Below are positions 23,758-37,481 of a stretch of DNA of 64,000 bases, in pieces. Under the pieces are notes generated by a model. It saw nothing but the letters and a program-made list of their open reading frames with translations, did not search any database and was not told where the DNA came from. The position numbers were made by a program, and so were the translations under genes. This DNA is from Somniosus microcephalus. Taxonomy: Eukaryota. The DNA is taken from the NCBI GenBank assembly GCA_052327205.1, contig CM126209.1:153326001-153390000 (forward strand), given 5' to 3'. The stretch's first letter is position 1; each line of letters starts with the position of its first letter.

Positions 23758-23763
23758 AATAAA
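23758..23763 (+). terminator. Candidate polyadenylation signal for the short isoform
   Basis: First AATAAA I noticed downstream of the 23105 stop. Usage is not shown. Confidence 0.35.
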
Positions 23764-26309
23764 GGTTCTTGAATTAAGTGCTTCTCCATGTTGATTTCCA
23801 CATAAATCTATCATTTTGTTGGAATATTTGAGTTTGGATATCCAATTCTACTAAAAGTAGAGATGAATTGTGAAACTTTGGAGGGCAAAAGCTGTGTGCC
23901 CATACTTATTTGATACATTCCTCGTGCAAAGGTACAACTGAATATATTAACCATACAATCACAAGCACAGGTTTGATGAAGACCAGAGGAGAAGTTGCTG
24001 ACGTTGGAAATCCTGCTCCAAATGCTAGGCTTTTTTACTATTTAGAACTGAGACTACTGTTGAGACTGAATAGAGCGATGACTCTGATGGACAAACTGAT
24101 TTCTTTATGCAGAGTGACACACCGTAAGCTTTTCTATGGTCATCCACATATTTAATTCTTTATATACTTTTTAACTATTACTCAGAAGTAAGTGGAACCT
24201 TTTTAAAGAAGGAAATGAAGTATCAAAATGATAAACGTTTCAACATTAGACGTGTTTCCACTTTCTCTTGATCAAACACTGCAGTGCTAAATGATGAGAA
24301 CAAATGTAATGGTCTCTGAATCGGCAGTTTAATTATTCATAGAATAGTTGTTGTTGAACTCTTTTTTCTGGCTCTACATAGTGTGCCACTGGATGCAGTA
24401 GTTTCATCTGGGGTTGCTCACTCTGGTTGGATGTATTCCTGGACCTTTGATAATGTGACATTTGATCACGTTTTGCCCACCGTTTGCATCTGTATCACAT
24501 TTGAGGAGGTTCTGACAATGGGTTATTTTTAAGTTCCTCCTATTGAAGACTATAACTGAAACCTTGCCTCTCTCACCTTCACTCCATGCTCACTTTTTTA
24601 TTTCATAGTGTTGTTTTGACAGTCACCAAAGCCAATGCCCTGGAAACCAGCTTCTGTCAGAGTCAAGTATACATTTAAAGACCTTTTATTTCATAGATAT
24701 AGCTAGACAATATGGAAGCCTGACCTGTTCTGCTGAATTTTAAAACACAAAATTAAGTCTTCCAGTCACTTTCATGCCCCAGAAGTGCCCCAGTTGATCA
24801 GTGCACATTAATTACAGGTGAGTGGGGGCGGGAGAGGGAAAGGCCAGGAGTCAATGCAGTTTAACAGCAGTGCGAGCTCATGACAAAGATGCACCTGCCA
24901 CCTTAAAACTAGCTTAATATCTTGAATTCACACCACACTAGAACGGCTGACCTTCCGCGGCTGGTGGGCACCGCAGGGAATGGAATGCATAGTGGACACA
25001 GGAACAATACTATAATTTAATTCATTAAGTTTCCTTTGGTTTTATTTATAATTTGGAGTTTATTGTTTGTGACCCTTTAAAAAGGGAGCACTTTTATCAT
25101 TGATTTTGATTGGTAACCGGGGTCGTCCTCATCAACCAATCAGAAGAGTAGAATAGTTGGGTCTGAAATAACTGCTACTCGCTTAGTAACAAATCTTTTG
25201 TAACTAAGTGATCATGTTTGTTTTTGTTAATCTGTGACTAACTTTAAAGTGCTGCACAAAAGAATAACCCTTAATTCAGCACCAATGACTACTGACATTT
25301 AGCCTGCACAAAAGAGCAATCAGTAAGTGATTGCAGGGCTAGAAACAGACCCTGTTGATTGTACTGGAGCGTAGTTTCAGTCACATGACCAGTGGGTACT
25401 ACTGTGCGTCTCGGGCTAAGTACACTTTTTTCCATATACATTTGTAAGCTGTCTAATTCACTTCATTTGAATTGTCACAGCCAACAAATGTTGCAATATT
25501 AATGATATTCATGCTGAATTGAATCTGGCTATTTGGTATTCTTTTCTAATTATGAGAGAGTTAATTCTAGATCTGGTTTGGGTGAGGTTCCAAAACCTAA
25601 CTACTCGATATTTTAATTTTGGCACAATGTTCGAGTGGTTATATTATTCAGAGAGATTTTTTTGCTAGCTATCCCAGGTTCCCATCTGTCAAAAACAGTG
25701 CATATAAATGTTAATATTTTACCTTTCATCATTTTTCATGTATTTTTGTGAAAGATTGTGCTGAATATTGTACAGCAGTTTCATAAGTACTTTCATTGTG
25801 TGGAACTGATTTACATCATCTTATTTGAAGTAAATTTAAGATCGGAGAGGTATGAATTATCTTTCTGAAAGTTCTTGGTTTCAATTTGAATAAACCAAAA
25901 AGGATTGCTAGCTACTTAGACATACAAGCGATACAGAATTGCCATATGCATTTTTGTCATATCAATAACCTGGAGCATGTGGTTGAACGAAATTCAATTT
26001 ATTACCATGTAACCAATTGCTTCATAAATGCTTGAATTTAAAATGCAGTTTTTGTAACGTTCATGTACATCTAATAGTTCTACAATTTAGATCTGTATAT
26101 ATCCTGAATCTAATCTAGCTGCTAGTTTGTTGGATATCTTCAGTCTTAATTTTAACACTTCTGCCCAGCGTGAACGCTGCAGGCTGATAGTTAAAATGGT
26201 GGTGGGGGGGGGAGGGGATTTGTTCCTGGTCAATATTTTAACTGCACAGAAAACTAGTTCAGAAGAGCAACCTGACTCCAGCAGGTGGAGGCCTACTTGT
26301 CATACGAAA

Positions 26310-29300
26310 GGATCAACCCACTGATATCATTGGCACCTCACTGCAATTTAAATGGCATAAAGGGCACAGAATGTACTCTAGGTGGGGGACTTCACTATCC
26401 TTCACCAAGAGTGACTCGGTAGCACCACCACTGACCGAGCTGGCCGAGTCCTGAAGGACATAGCTGCCAGACTGAGCCTGCGGCAGATGGTGAGTGAAGC
26501 AACATGAGGGGAAAAACCTACTTGCCCTCGTCCTCACCAATCCACTTGTCACAGATGCATCTGTCCATGACAACATTGATAGAAGTGACCACCGCACAGT
26601 CCTTGTGGAGACCAAGTCCTGCCTTCACACTGAGGACACCCTCCATCGTGTTGTGTGCACTACCACCATGCTAAATGGGATAGATTCAGAACAGATCTAG
26701 CAGCTCAAAACTGGACATCCATGAGGTGCTGTGGGCCATCAGCAGCAGCAGCAGAATTGTATTCTACCACAATCTCTAACTTCATGGCCCGGCATTAACC
26801 TCACTCTACCATTACCATCAAGCCAGGGGACTGATGTAAGCCCCCAAAGTGTGGACTAAGTGATATACAAAGTCGACTACACTGGCTTGTTGTAAGAAAG
26901 ACAGACCCAATAATTGAAGTAAAAACGGTTTATTCAGGCCTGGGGAGCTATGGCTCTTGCGTCCCAACACAAGGCTCCAACTCCACCGAATCTCTTGAGG
27001 TTTACACAGTTATACACATATTCCGAGACCTCCTACTCCAGAGGTCCAATCGATTTAAAAGTCTATACGTTAATCACTAACTAGGTGTGTCTAACTTCTA
27101 CAAGGTAACCAATAACATAAGTTTCACTTTTCACTGCAGGGGCCTGTGGACCCTCTGATTTCTTGGAAATGAGTCATCAGGTCATGTGATTTCTGAGAAA
27201 CGAGTCCCTCTCTCTCTTGACCACTACTAAGTTTCGTTTTTCCACAAAAGGGTTATGTCAGTGTCTCTTTTTGTAAGTTTCATCTCTCTAAACTGGTATG
27301 GTCATTTCTGCAATTAAACATACGAATAATTAGTACATTTCATCTTTAAACATTTTGCTGCGCAATTGCGTTCTACTAAACGTGCCCTGTTACGCTCATT
27401 TTTAAATCTTACTTCAGGACAAACCCTGGTTCAATGAGGAGTGCAGAAGAGCATGCCAGGAGCAGCACCAGGCGTACCTAAAAATGGTGCCAACCTGGGG
27501 AAGCTGCAACTTAGGACTACATACATGTTAAATAGCAGAAGCAGCATGCTTATAGACATGGCTAAGAGATTCACGATCAACAGATCAGATCAAAGCTCTG
27601 CAGTCCTGCCACATCCAGTCGTGAATGGTGGTGGACAATTAAACAACTAATGGAGGAGCAGGCTTCATGAATATCCCCATGCTCAATGATGGCGGAGCCC
27701 AGCACGCAAGTGCAAAAGACAAGGCTGAAGCGTTTACAGCCAGAAGTGCTGAGTGGATGATCCATATCCTCCTGAGGTCCCCACCATCAAAGAAGCCAGT
27801 CTTCAGCCAATTCAATTCACTTCACTTCACGTGGTATCAAGCAACAGCTGAGCGCACGGGATACAGCAAAGGCTATGGACCCTGACAACACCCCGGCTGC
27901 CATGCTGAAGACTTGTGCTCCAAAATTAGCCGTGCCTCTAGCCAAGCTGTTGCAGTATAGCTACAACACTGGCATCTATCCGACAATGTGGAAAACTGCC
28001 CAGGTATGTCCTGTGCACAAAAAGCAGGACAAATCCAATCCAGCCAATTACTGCCCCATCAGTCTACTCTCAATCATCAGGAAAGTGATGGAAGGTGTCG
28101 TCGACAGCGCTATCAAGCGGCACTTACTCACCAATAACCTGCTCACCGATGCTCGGTTTGGGTTCCGCCAGGACCACTTGGCTCCAGACCTCGTTACAGC
28201 CTTGGTCCAAACATAGAAAAAGAGGTGAGGTGAGAGTGACTGCCCTTGACATCACAGCAGCATTTGACCGAGTGTGGCATCAAGGAGCCCTAGTGAAATT
28301 GAAGTCAATGGGAATCGGGGAAAACTCTGCACTGGCTGGAGTCGTACCTAGCACAAACGAAGGTGGTTGTGGTTGTTGGAGGTCAATCATCTCAGCCGCA
28401 GGACATCACTGCAGGACATCCTCAGGACAGTGTCCTAGGCCTAACCATCTTCAGCTGCTTTATCAATGACCTTCCCTCCATCATAAGGTCAGAAGTGGGG
28501 ATGTTCGCTGATGATTGCATAGTGTTCAGTTCCATTCGCAACTCCTCAGATAATGAAGCAGTCCATGCCCGCATGCAGCAAGACCTGGACAACATTCAGG
28601 CTTGGGCTGATAAGTGGTGAGTAATATTTGTGTCAGACCAGTGCCAGGCAATGAGTATCTCCATGAAGCGAGAGTCTAACCACCATCCCTTGACATTCAA
28701 TGGCATTACCATCACCAAATCCTGCACCATCAACATCCTGGGGGGTCACCATTGGCCTGAAACTTAACTGGACCAGCCACATAAATACTGTGGCCATAAG
28801 AGCAGGTCAGAGGCTAGGTATTCTGTGGCGAGTGTCTCACCCCCTGACTCCCCAAAAGCCTTTCCACCATCTACAAGGCACAAGTCAGGAGTGTGATGGA
28901 ATACTATCCACTTGCCTGGATGAGTGCAGCTCCAACAACACTCAAGAAGCTCGACACCATCCAGGACAAAGCAGCCCGCTTGATTGGCACCCCATCCACC
29001 ACCTTAAACATTCCACCACTGGTGCGCCGTGGCTGCAGTGTGTAGCATCTACAAGATGCACTGCAGCAATGTGCCAAGGCTTCTTTGACAGCACCTCCCA
29101 AACCCACGATCTCTACCATTTAGAGGGACAAGGGCAGCAGGCGCATGGGAACACCATCAACTGCAAGTTCCCCTTCAAGTTACACACCATCCTGACTTGG
29201 AAGTGTATCGCTGTTCCTTCATCGTCGCTGGGTCAAAATTCTGGAACTCCCTCCCTAACAGCACTGTGGGAGTACCTTCACCACACGGACTGCAGCGGTT

Positions 29301-29410
29301 CAAGAAGGCGCTCACCGCCAGTTTCTCGAGGGCAATTAGGGATGGGCAACAAATGCTGGCCTTGCCAGCGAAGCCCACATTCCAGGAATGAATAAAGTAA
29401 AAAAAAAAAG
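26310..29410 (+). mobile_element. CR1-clade LINE, degraded, interrupted by a solo LTR
   Basis: Endonuclease RSDHRTV. RT motifs KQDKSNPANYCPISLLS, ALDITAAFDRVWH, MFADDC. 3' end gaatgaataaa plus A-run. Confidence 0.88.
26832..27416 (-). mobile_element. Solo LTR, 585 bp (ERV1-like or Gypsy)
   Basis: TG...CA ends with inverted termini TGATGTAAG / CTTACTTCA. Exact 4-bp TSD GGAC (26828-26831 and 27417-27420). AATAAA on the minus strand at 26929-26934. Confidence 0.85.
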
Positions 29411-29639
29411 GAGGTCTGCCCAACTTGAAACCTGCCAGTGAAATCTCTTTACTGCTCATTAACCATTTATTTATGCTATATAAATGGGGTGCACAGCTTC
29501 AGCACAGTGGGTTATTGGATCATCTCTGTCTCGCTTACCAGGTAGAGTCTCCAGCTTCCAGATTACTACTTGCATATGTTTTTTGCCTTACCTTACCTCA
29601 AACATTTCTCTCATCATGGGTGCTATTATTGCCAGTCTT

Positions 29640-31100
29640 TTCTGGATGGAGGAAGTTAGTTAGAGAAACAGCAGCTACCTCGGGAGCCTCGGGGAGCAGC
29701 GCCTCTCGGAAGACACTTTGTGAGGGTGGCTGATTGTAGGAGGCCATACCCACCACACAGGATGTACAGGCCCAGAGTAACTTTGCTGGACCTAGCTGAG
29801 GAGCAGTATCTCTGGAGGCTTTGCTTCACCAGGCAGGGTGCATCAGACCTCTGCAACCTCCTGTAAGGAAATCTGCTGCCAGCTGGAGCAGGAAGCCATC
29901 CTTCGCCAATGACTCAGTCACCACCGCCCTCAACTTGTTCATTACTGGCACTTTCCAGTTTGCTGCAGTGACTGTCACCTGCATCTCCCAGTCTGCAGCA
30001 ATTAGCTGCATTAAGTCCCCTTCACCAGTGATAACCAATACACCACCTTCTCCATTGATCTCGGTAGTCAGCAGAAGAGAGCTCGGGAATTTGTAGTAGT
30101 CGCTGGCTTCCCCTGCATGCAAGGCGTTATTCACTGCACACATGTTGCCATCAGCACATCACATCACAAGCCAGCAGCATTCCTCAATAGAAAATGCTAG
30201 CAATCCATTACTGTGCAGCTAGTGTCTGACCACAGAAGCAGAATCAAACCAGTTTGTAAACTGCCAGCTGTGACAACGCATGTATACTGAGACACTCTTT
30301 CATCCTCTCGGTATTTCGCCCTCCCAGGGAAGTGGCAGGATGACTGCTGGGTGACGAGAGTTAACCCCTATAGACATGGCTCCCAGCACATCCCACACTT
30401 TTCCCCCTTCCCCCCCCCTCCCCCACTCTTGGGATGAGGAAAACTAGGCAGTAGACAAGGAAGTAGCAGAAGAAGGAGGGCCACCTGAACACCTTGCAGC
30501 CAGACTTGTGAGGAATAAGCTAATTGTTCAGCGATTCCGATGACCTCATTCCCACGCCTTCAAAACTTAAGCAGAGGGGCTCTGTATAACAGTTCTTGTT
30601 ACATCCATCACCAAACCCCTAATCCTACATTAAACAACATTTAAGAAACTGCTACTAAACCACACTGCAGATAAAGTACCAATGTGATTCCGGTGACTCA
30701 TTTTGTCAAACATCATAATTGTCTTCCATTCATCTCTTACCCAAATGTCAACCCATGGTGTCTTTCATATAAGAAAGTTTCCTAACTCTACTACTCCTGC
30801 GAGGTGCATCCCTAATGGCTTCAAAAAATGCAGGTGGAAGGCTACTGTTCCTCATGTTAGACCCCTTGATGTTCATGGCCAGTGACTTCTAGGTGCTCAA
30901 GGCTGTGAGGGCCCACCTGCAGACTGCTGCACCTCGGCTGCTGCCAGGGCAGTTTGACACAGTTGAGTTCCTGGCACCATGGTGGCTGTTGATTGAAGGG
31001 GTGGAAAGGGAATGGACATGCTGAGAGAAAGCAACAAATACTGCTCACACTGTGTCTCTGCCACTCCCTGGGGTCTCATCACTTCCACTGATCTACAGGA
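29640..31100 (+). mobile_element. Highly degraded Harbinger-like transposase region
   Basis: Fragments such as VTTALNLFITGTFQ...CISQSAAISCI resemble HARBI1-type N-terminal segments. Boundaries uncertain. Confidence 0.5.
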
Positions 31101-32136
31101 GAGCAGAGTGCAAAAGCTGAATGACTCTTTGAAAGATGTAGAATGGCAATAAGATGCTGGACATTAGCAGGTGGCAGTCTCCAGAATACAGCTTGAAATC
31201 CTTTGCTGAGGTGAGTAAAGGATTACAGGTAATATGCAGACACTCTGCTCAGATAAGCTGCTAGCCTTGCCTTCCCTGATGCTCATGGCTCTGCCTTGGC
31301 TATTAAACTCCAGGGCTTCTTTCTTTGATTAAGTGAGGGCTATAATGTTGGGACTCTACAGCCTTTTAAGTATTCCTGCTCGGACACTAATGAGAATGTT
31401 GCTGCTGATTTTTTTTTTTGGTCTCGATCCCAAATATGACTGCATTAGTTATGGTTGACGATTGAGCTCTGTGTTATGAGCTGACTCTCTGTACTATTTA
31501 AGCTGAAAGATGGTGGGTGGTGTGGTGGGGGAGTGAAGTTTAGATTTTTTTAAAACTGCAGCATTGATTGGCATTTACATAACCTTGATTGGACAAACTG
31601 CCAACCCAGCGTTGGCCGATTTCCTGCACAAAAGATGTAGGAAATTTGGGCATAGCCCAAGAATGCGTGAAATTCACTTGCACCCATTCTTGCACTATAC
31701 CTGAATTTCCTTGATCTTTTGCACCTGTTGTATGAAAGCTTCGCCCAGGTCTCTGCTGCTCACCAGCATTGTCCTGTCCCCCATCCTAAAGAGCGTACAG
31801 TGCAAATGTCCTGCATTTACACAGGTTCAGAACGGGTGTAAATTTGCACCTGAAACTTTAGGCGCACAGGCTTCCTATGAATTTATCCTTCAGAGATTGG
31901 CAAATGCAATCCAAGTCCTGGAATTCACATGGTCTCATTTTATAAGGACTTGATGCAATATTATTGATCAGTTAGTTATAGAAAAAGAAGGTATTGCAAC
32001 TTAAACTTTCATAGAATTAGCAATAACAATGTTTTATAATTTCAATATAGATGGCAATTCTGTTTCAACAGAACCTCCTATAAACTGTGTCTTTGTTCCC
32101 TTGATTGTTCAACTTGATCGCTGGGATGATAGTTAA

Positions 32137-32460
32137 TCACAGAATCATAGAGCACAGAAGGAGGCCATTCAGCCCATTGTGCCTGGGCCGACTCTTTCAA
32201 AGGGAAATTGGATAGCTCTTTCAAAGTTATTATTGAATCTGCTTCTACCACCCTTTCAGGCAGTGCATTCCAGATCCTAACTCTCTGCATAAAAAGATTT
32301 CTCCTCTTCTCACCTCTGATTCCTTTGCCAATTACCTTAAATCTGCCACAGGAAACAGTTTCTCCTTATTTACTCTATCAAAACCCTTCATGATTTTGAA
32401 CATCACCTATTAAATCTCCCCTTAACATTCTCTGCTCTAAGGAGAACAACCCCAGCTTCT
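32137..32460 (-). mobile_element. CR1 LINE 3' fragment
   Basis: QRVRIWNALPERVVEADS and an agaatcatag tail. Confidence 0.8.
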
Positions 32461-33267
32461 AAATCCTGCAATCCCCATCAGTAATATGAAGGAAAATTGC
32501 ATGGTACCTTTTTACATACATACATACATATATATAAAGAAAGCAACCCTGATTTCAAAACTTTCCCTTTCAAAGTTGCAATCAATAATTAGACTCTGAT
32601 TGTGTAAAGCATGGATTTGGGATGAAATTAGAGCCTATTATTTCAAGATGGGAATTTGGCTGCTAACAGATTAAAGAATCTTCTAAAATATGCAGCTCCA
32701 ACTAATTAAATTCCGATTTTAAAAAAAAAATTAAATTTTTTTTTTTTGTCATTCATATCGCAGCCTTTAAGAGATTTAAATCTGGAAGTTTAAAGTAGTC
32801 AAATGTGATTTGATTCAAACTTCATTAGAATAGTTGATTAAAGTTATGTTAGATTAATTGATATTTATTTCCTCTGTTCCATATGAAAATTATTTTATCA
32901 GGTATTTGCTGTAATTAAAATTCAAACCTCATCCCATACATCTGCTTCATCATTGCCAAATGAATTGAAGAGAAAAAAAGATTGCATTTAGAGTGGAGAG
33001 AAGCACAGGTTTTAAAAGAAATTTGAGAAACAGCATTGTCCAAAATCAGGAGTATTCTTTAATCTTCAGTGTTGTATTAGACTTTTTTTTTTTTTTTAAG
33101 TGTTCCACGCATAATCACTTGGGACCTAAATGTCACAACATTGATTCAAAGTGTGGCTGATTCTAAATTTTATAAGAAGCTAAAGTAAAGGAGTACAATT
33201 ATGAAGGAATAATTATGCTACCTAGTTCGCATGCCAAAGCTTCCAAAGAAGCTGTTACTTGTAGTAC

Positions 33268-35121
33268 TACATCAAAGTACTCATCAAGGACAGAGAAGCA
33301 GTCCATGCCCGCTGGAAGGAGCACTTCGAAGATCTCCTTAACCGCGACTCTGTCTTCGATGTGAGTGTCCTCAACTCCATCCCACAGCATGATACCCGCC
33401 ACCATCTCAGCACAACCCCAGCCCGGCTGAGGTTGACAAGGCCATCCAACAACTGAAGAACAACAACGCCTCTGGAGCAGATGGAATCCCCGCCGAGGCA
33501 CTAAAGCATGGCAGAGCAGCACTACTGGCGCGAATTCATGAACTAATTTCTCTTATCTGGAAGGAAGAGAGCATGCCAGGGGATCTGAGACGCCGTGATT
33601 GTGACCATCTTCAAGAAAGGTGACAAGTCTGATTTGCGGTAATACAGAGGAGTTTCCCTGCTGTCTGCCACAGGGAAAGTCATTGCAAGAATCCTCCTCA
33701 ATCGCCTCCTCCCAGTGGCCGAAGAGTTCCTCCCAGAGTCGCAATGCGGATTCCGCCCACTAAGGGGCACAATGGACATGATCCTCACCGCACGTCAATT
33801 ATAAGAGAAATGCAGGGAATAGCACCAACTGCTGTACATGGCCTTCTTTGATCTCACAAAGGCCTTCGACACTGTCAACCATGAGGGAGTATGGAGTGTC
33901 CTCCTCAAATTTGGCTGCCGTACGAACCGGAGTCAAACAAGGCTGCGTCATCGCACCAACGATCTTCTCAATCTTCCTTGCTGCAATGCTCCATCTCACC
34001 CTCAGTAAGCTCCCCACTGGAGTGGAGCTAATTTACAGAACAAACAGGAAACTGTTCAACCTCCGTCGCCTCCAGTCCAGATCCAAGGTCGTCCCATCCT
34101 CTGTCGTCGAATTACAGTATGCAGACGACGTTTGTGTCTGCGCTCACTTGGAGGCCGAACTCCAAACCATCATCAACACCTTCACTGAAGTGTACGAGAG
34201 CATAGGCCTTGCACTAAACATCCGTAAGACAAAGGTCCTCTACCAACCTGCCCCCGCCACACAGTACTGCCCCCCCCCCCCCCCCCGATTATCAAAATCC
34301 ACGACAAGGCCTTGGACAATGTGGAACACTTTCCATACCTCGGGAGCTTACTGTCGACAAGGGCAGACGTCGACGATGAAGTCCAACACTGCCTTCAGTG
34401 TGCCAGTGCAACTTTCAGTCGCCTGAGGAAGAGAGTGTTTGAAGACCAGGACCTCAAACCCGGCACTAAGCTCATGGTCTACAGAGCAGCAGTGATACCT
34501 GCCCTGCTGTATGCCTCCGAGACATGGACCACGTACAGCAGGTACCTCAAAGCGCTGGAGAGGCACCACCAACGCTGCCTCCGCAAGATCTTGCAAATCC
34601 ATTGGCAGGATAGGCGCACCAACGTCGGTGTTCTTGCTCCAGCCAACATCCCCAGCATCAAAGCTTTGACCACACTCAAGCAGCTCCGATGGACGGGTCA
34701 CATTGTCCGCATGCCCAATAAGTGACTCCCAAAACAAGCACTCTACTCGGAGCTCTGGCATGGCAAGAGAGCCCCAGGTGGGCAGAGGAAACGCTTCAAG
34801 GACACCCTCAAAGCCTCCTTCAAAAAGTGTAACATCCCCATCGACACCTGGGAATCCCTGGCCCAAGACCGCACAAAGTGGAGGAGAAGCATCCGGGAAG
34901 GCGCCGAACACCTCGAGTCTCTTCGCCAGGAGCAAGCGGAAGCCAAGCGCAAAGAGCGCACATCAACCCAAGCACCCCACCCACCCGTCCATTCAACCAC
35001 TGTCTGCCCCACCTGTGACAGAAACTGTAGGTCCCGCATTGGACTCATCAGTCACTGCGAACTCATTTTTAATGTGGAAGCAAGTCATCCTCGGTTCCGA
35101 GGAACTGCCTAAGAAGAAGAG
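33268..35121 (+). mobile_element. RTE-clade LINE, 5'-truncated and degraded
   Basis: TGVKQGCVIAPTIFSIF, LQYADD, VEHFPYLGS, LLYASETWT, QLRWTGHIVRM. (AAG)n tail after ggaactgcct. Confidence 0.92.
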
Positions 35122-37450
35122 AGATTCACCATCCCTTGTGGAGTTTTTGTAGGAGGTTGTGGATTGTGGAGGGGGTGGATGTAGTTGTTAAGTAGTTTAT
35201 CAGATTAACAGCTCCAGTAAGAATGCAAATGGTGTTTTAGTAAAGTCAATCCCAGACAACAAAACATGAAATTAATTATCTGGAGTTCAACATAAAGATC
35301 ATGAAAAAAACATACATCAATATAGCTATTGACTCAAACAAAATTCAATTCTAAAAAATACATAAATGCATATATAACTTTTTATTGTAAATAAACATAT
35401 CCAAAATCATTTAATTTAAGCTAAATATCTCTGTAGAAAATTAGCAGCCTTGCTTTTATTCTTACCAAATGCTTTTTTAGCACATGTTTAGTTTGGATTT
35501 TTATATGCTGCTATAAAACTTGATGTAGTTTGGCATTTAATATTTTAGAAATTAAATTAATGAAGGGGACAGTATTATATAAAACTATTTTAAATTTATA
35601 TACCTTGGATTACAAAGAAGGTATATAAATTGAAATACATCATACAGAATAGAAATATTATATGATTATAAATGCATATTTTCTTATGTTTATATTTAAT
35701 TAAGTGAATATTTGTTTATACTTTTCATTAGAACATTGGCTTCCGATGGGAGATTAGTAACTGTGAATTTGAAACGAGAAATTAGGACTTGGATATCCCA
35801 GTGTGTTGTCTTGTCTACTATTTAATTAAAATGCCAACAATTTATTGGTAATTAATTAGATGAGGCACAACAAAGGTAAACACAAGGATGGATTATTGTA
35901 TGTTCCGCAAATACAACTATCCCTGACCGTTAAACCCTGAACTTTTACACAGTTCAAACTTAATCGTATCACCTTGAATTGCTTCTTTCTACAATGTTAT
36001 TAATTCATTAATATACAATATTACGTAATGAGTTGAGTACTTCCAAAATAAGATTTCAGTGAGAGTCGCAATAGTGTTGAAACCATCTGATGGAACCAAA
36101 GGGCATTTCTTTGTTGCATTTAAATCACACTTTTTTTTTTATTGCTCTGGCGTAGTCTAATGAAGCATATAGGAAATTTCACTGTAAATTGGCATTGGCG
36201 AAGTCTGCATACAGACAGGTGTGAATTTGGGCATAACTTCCCAATACAATGCCGCAGCAAATTCTACCTCATTAATGTCAGGAAATGGGACTGAATTATA
36301 TTTGCAGGATATAGAAGACAGATGGTGTTTAGATGCATTGTTGGCAAGAGAACATAAGTTACAAAGGAACACAAAGTTAGAGCTGTGTCTGTTGTAGATA
36401 ACCGTAATAGTACATTTCATTAGCTGTTACACCAAGAAAAGGTTTACTGTCCAGGTGGCTGTATTTCTGTAGATTTGTTTGGCCACTGTGCAGTCCTCTG
36501 TGCATATAATTGCTTGCTGTGGTTCTTTTAATATGATCCTCTGCTACATTATCACAAATTCTAGATAATTTAAGTGGCTTTTTTGTTTGCTAGGGAGAAA
36601 GGAGTGACTGGAGATGGAAAAAGGAATTGTTACATTAATACTGAAAAAGTACATGATGTCGCTACCAATGATCCTGCATTGTTGTGGGCTTTATTTAGTT
36701 TTAATGTTCAAATGAAAAATAAACCATGGATTGCAGATGAAGCATTACATAGAAACTGAAATTTTCATTTTCAATCTCTCCAGTAACTTGGATAAATGTA
36801 CTGCCTTGTGTGGTACTCGCATACAAAAGTAGTTACAGATGTGTTCCTGGTTTGTGCTAAGTCAGCTCATTTCAGCCAGATTGGCAGGAGATGTGCCGCT
36901 ATTTATTTCAGCTGCCTGGGTTTGTGGAGAGGAAGAATTACCTAGGATGCCTGCTCCTGATGGCTGTTTACCACCACATCGCTGCCAGCAATCCAGTCTG
37001 TAACCCAGTATGAGATCGTGCCTTCCGGAGATAAGGAAGCAAAATTGGCCCAAAAAAATCGCATTATTGGATTTGTGTGTGTTTTTGGTAATATGAATAG
37101 TCAGTTTTATTGCATTTTAGCTCTCTTAAACCTGACTTGATTTACCTTCCTTGGTTTTTGGGTTTTATTATTTCTTTATTTTCAGATTGCTTTCTCATCA
37201 ACTCTGTTATGAACCTGCTCTTCTTTCATTAAAACACTAAGAATTCCCTATCGCCTTCTGTTAACACTGGCTCTCTTGGTGATTCTTTTTTCCTGTTCTA
37301 GTCGTAATTGAGGTAAAGTATTCATATATTGTGTTGTTCAAATCAGCCTTGTGCCAAATTTATTCAAGTACTGGGGATCTAAAAAGAACAAAATGTATAT
37401 ATTTTTTATATATATTATAAGAAGTAAATGAGTCACGAGCTAAAGATGCC

Positions 37451-37481
37451 GAGTTCCGAGGGACTGCCTAAGAAGAAGAAA
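37451..37481 (+). mobile_element. Very short RTE 3' stub
   Basis: gttccgagggactgcctaagaagaagaa is nearly identical to the RTE end at about 35094-35120. Confidence 0.6.

Noticed and set aside
37302-37312. 11-nt candidate microexon tag|TCGTAATTGAG|gtaaag
   Set aside because: It would introduce an immediate stop after the 37-nt exon and has no homology support.
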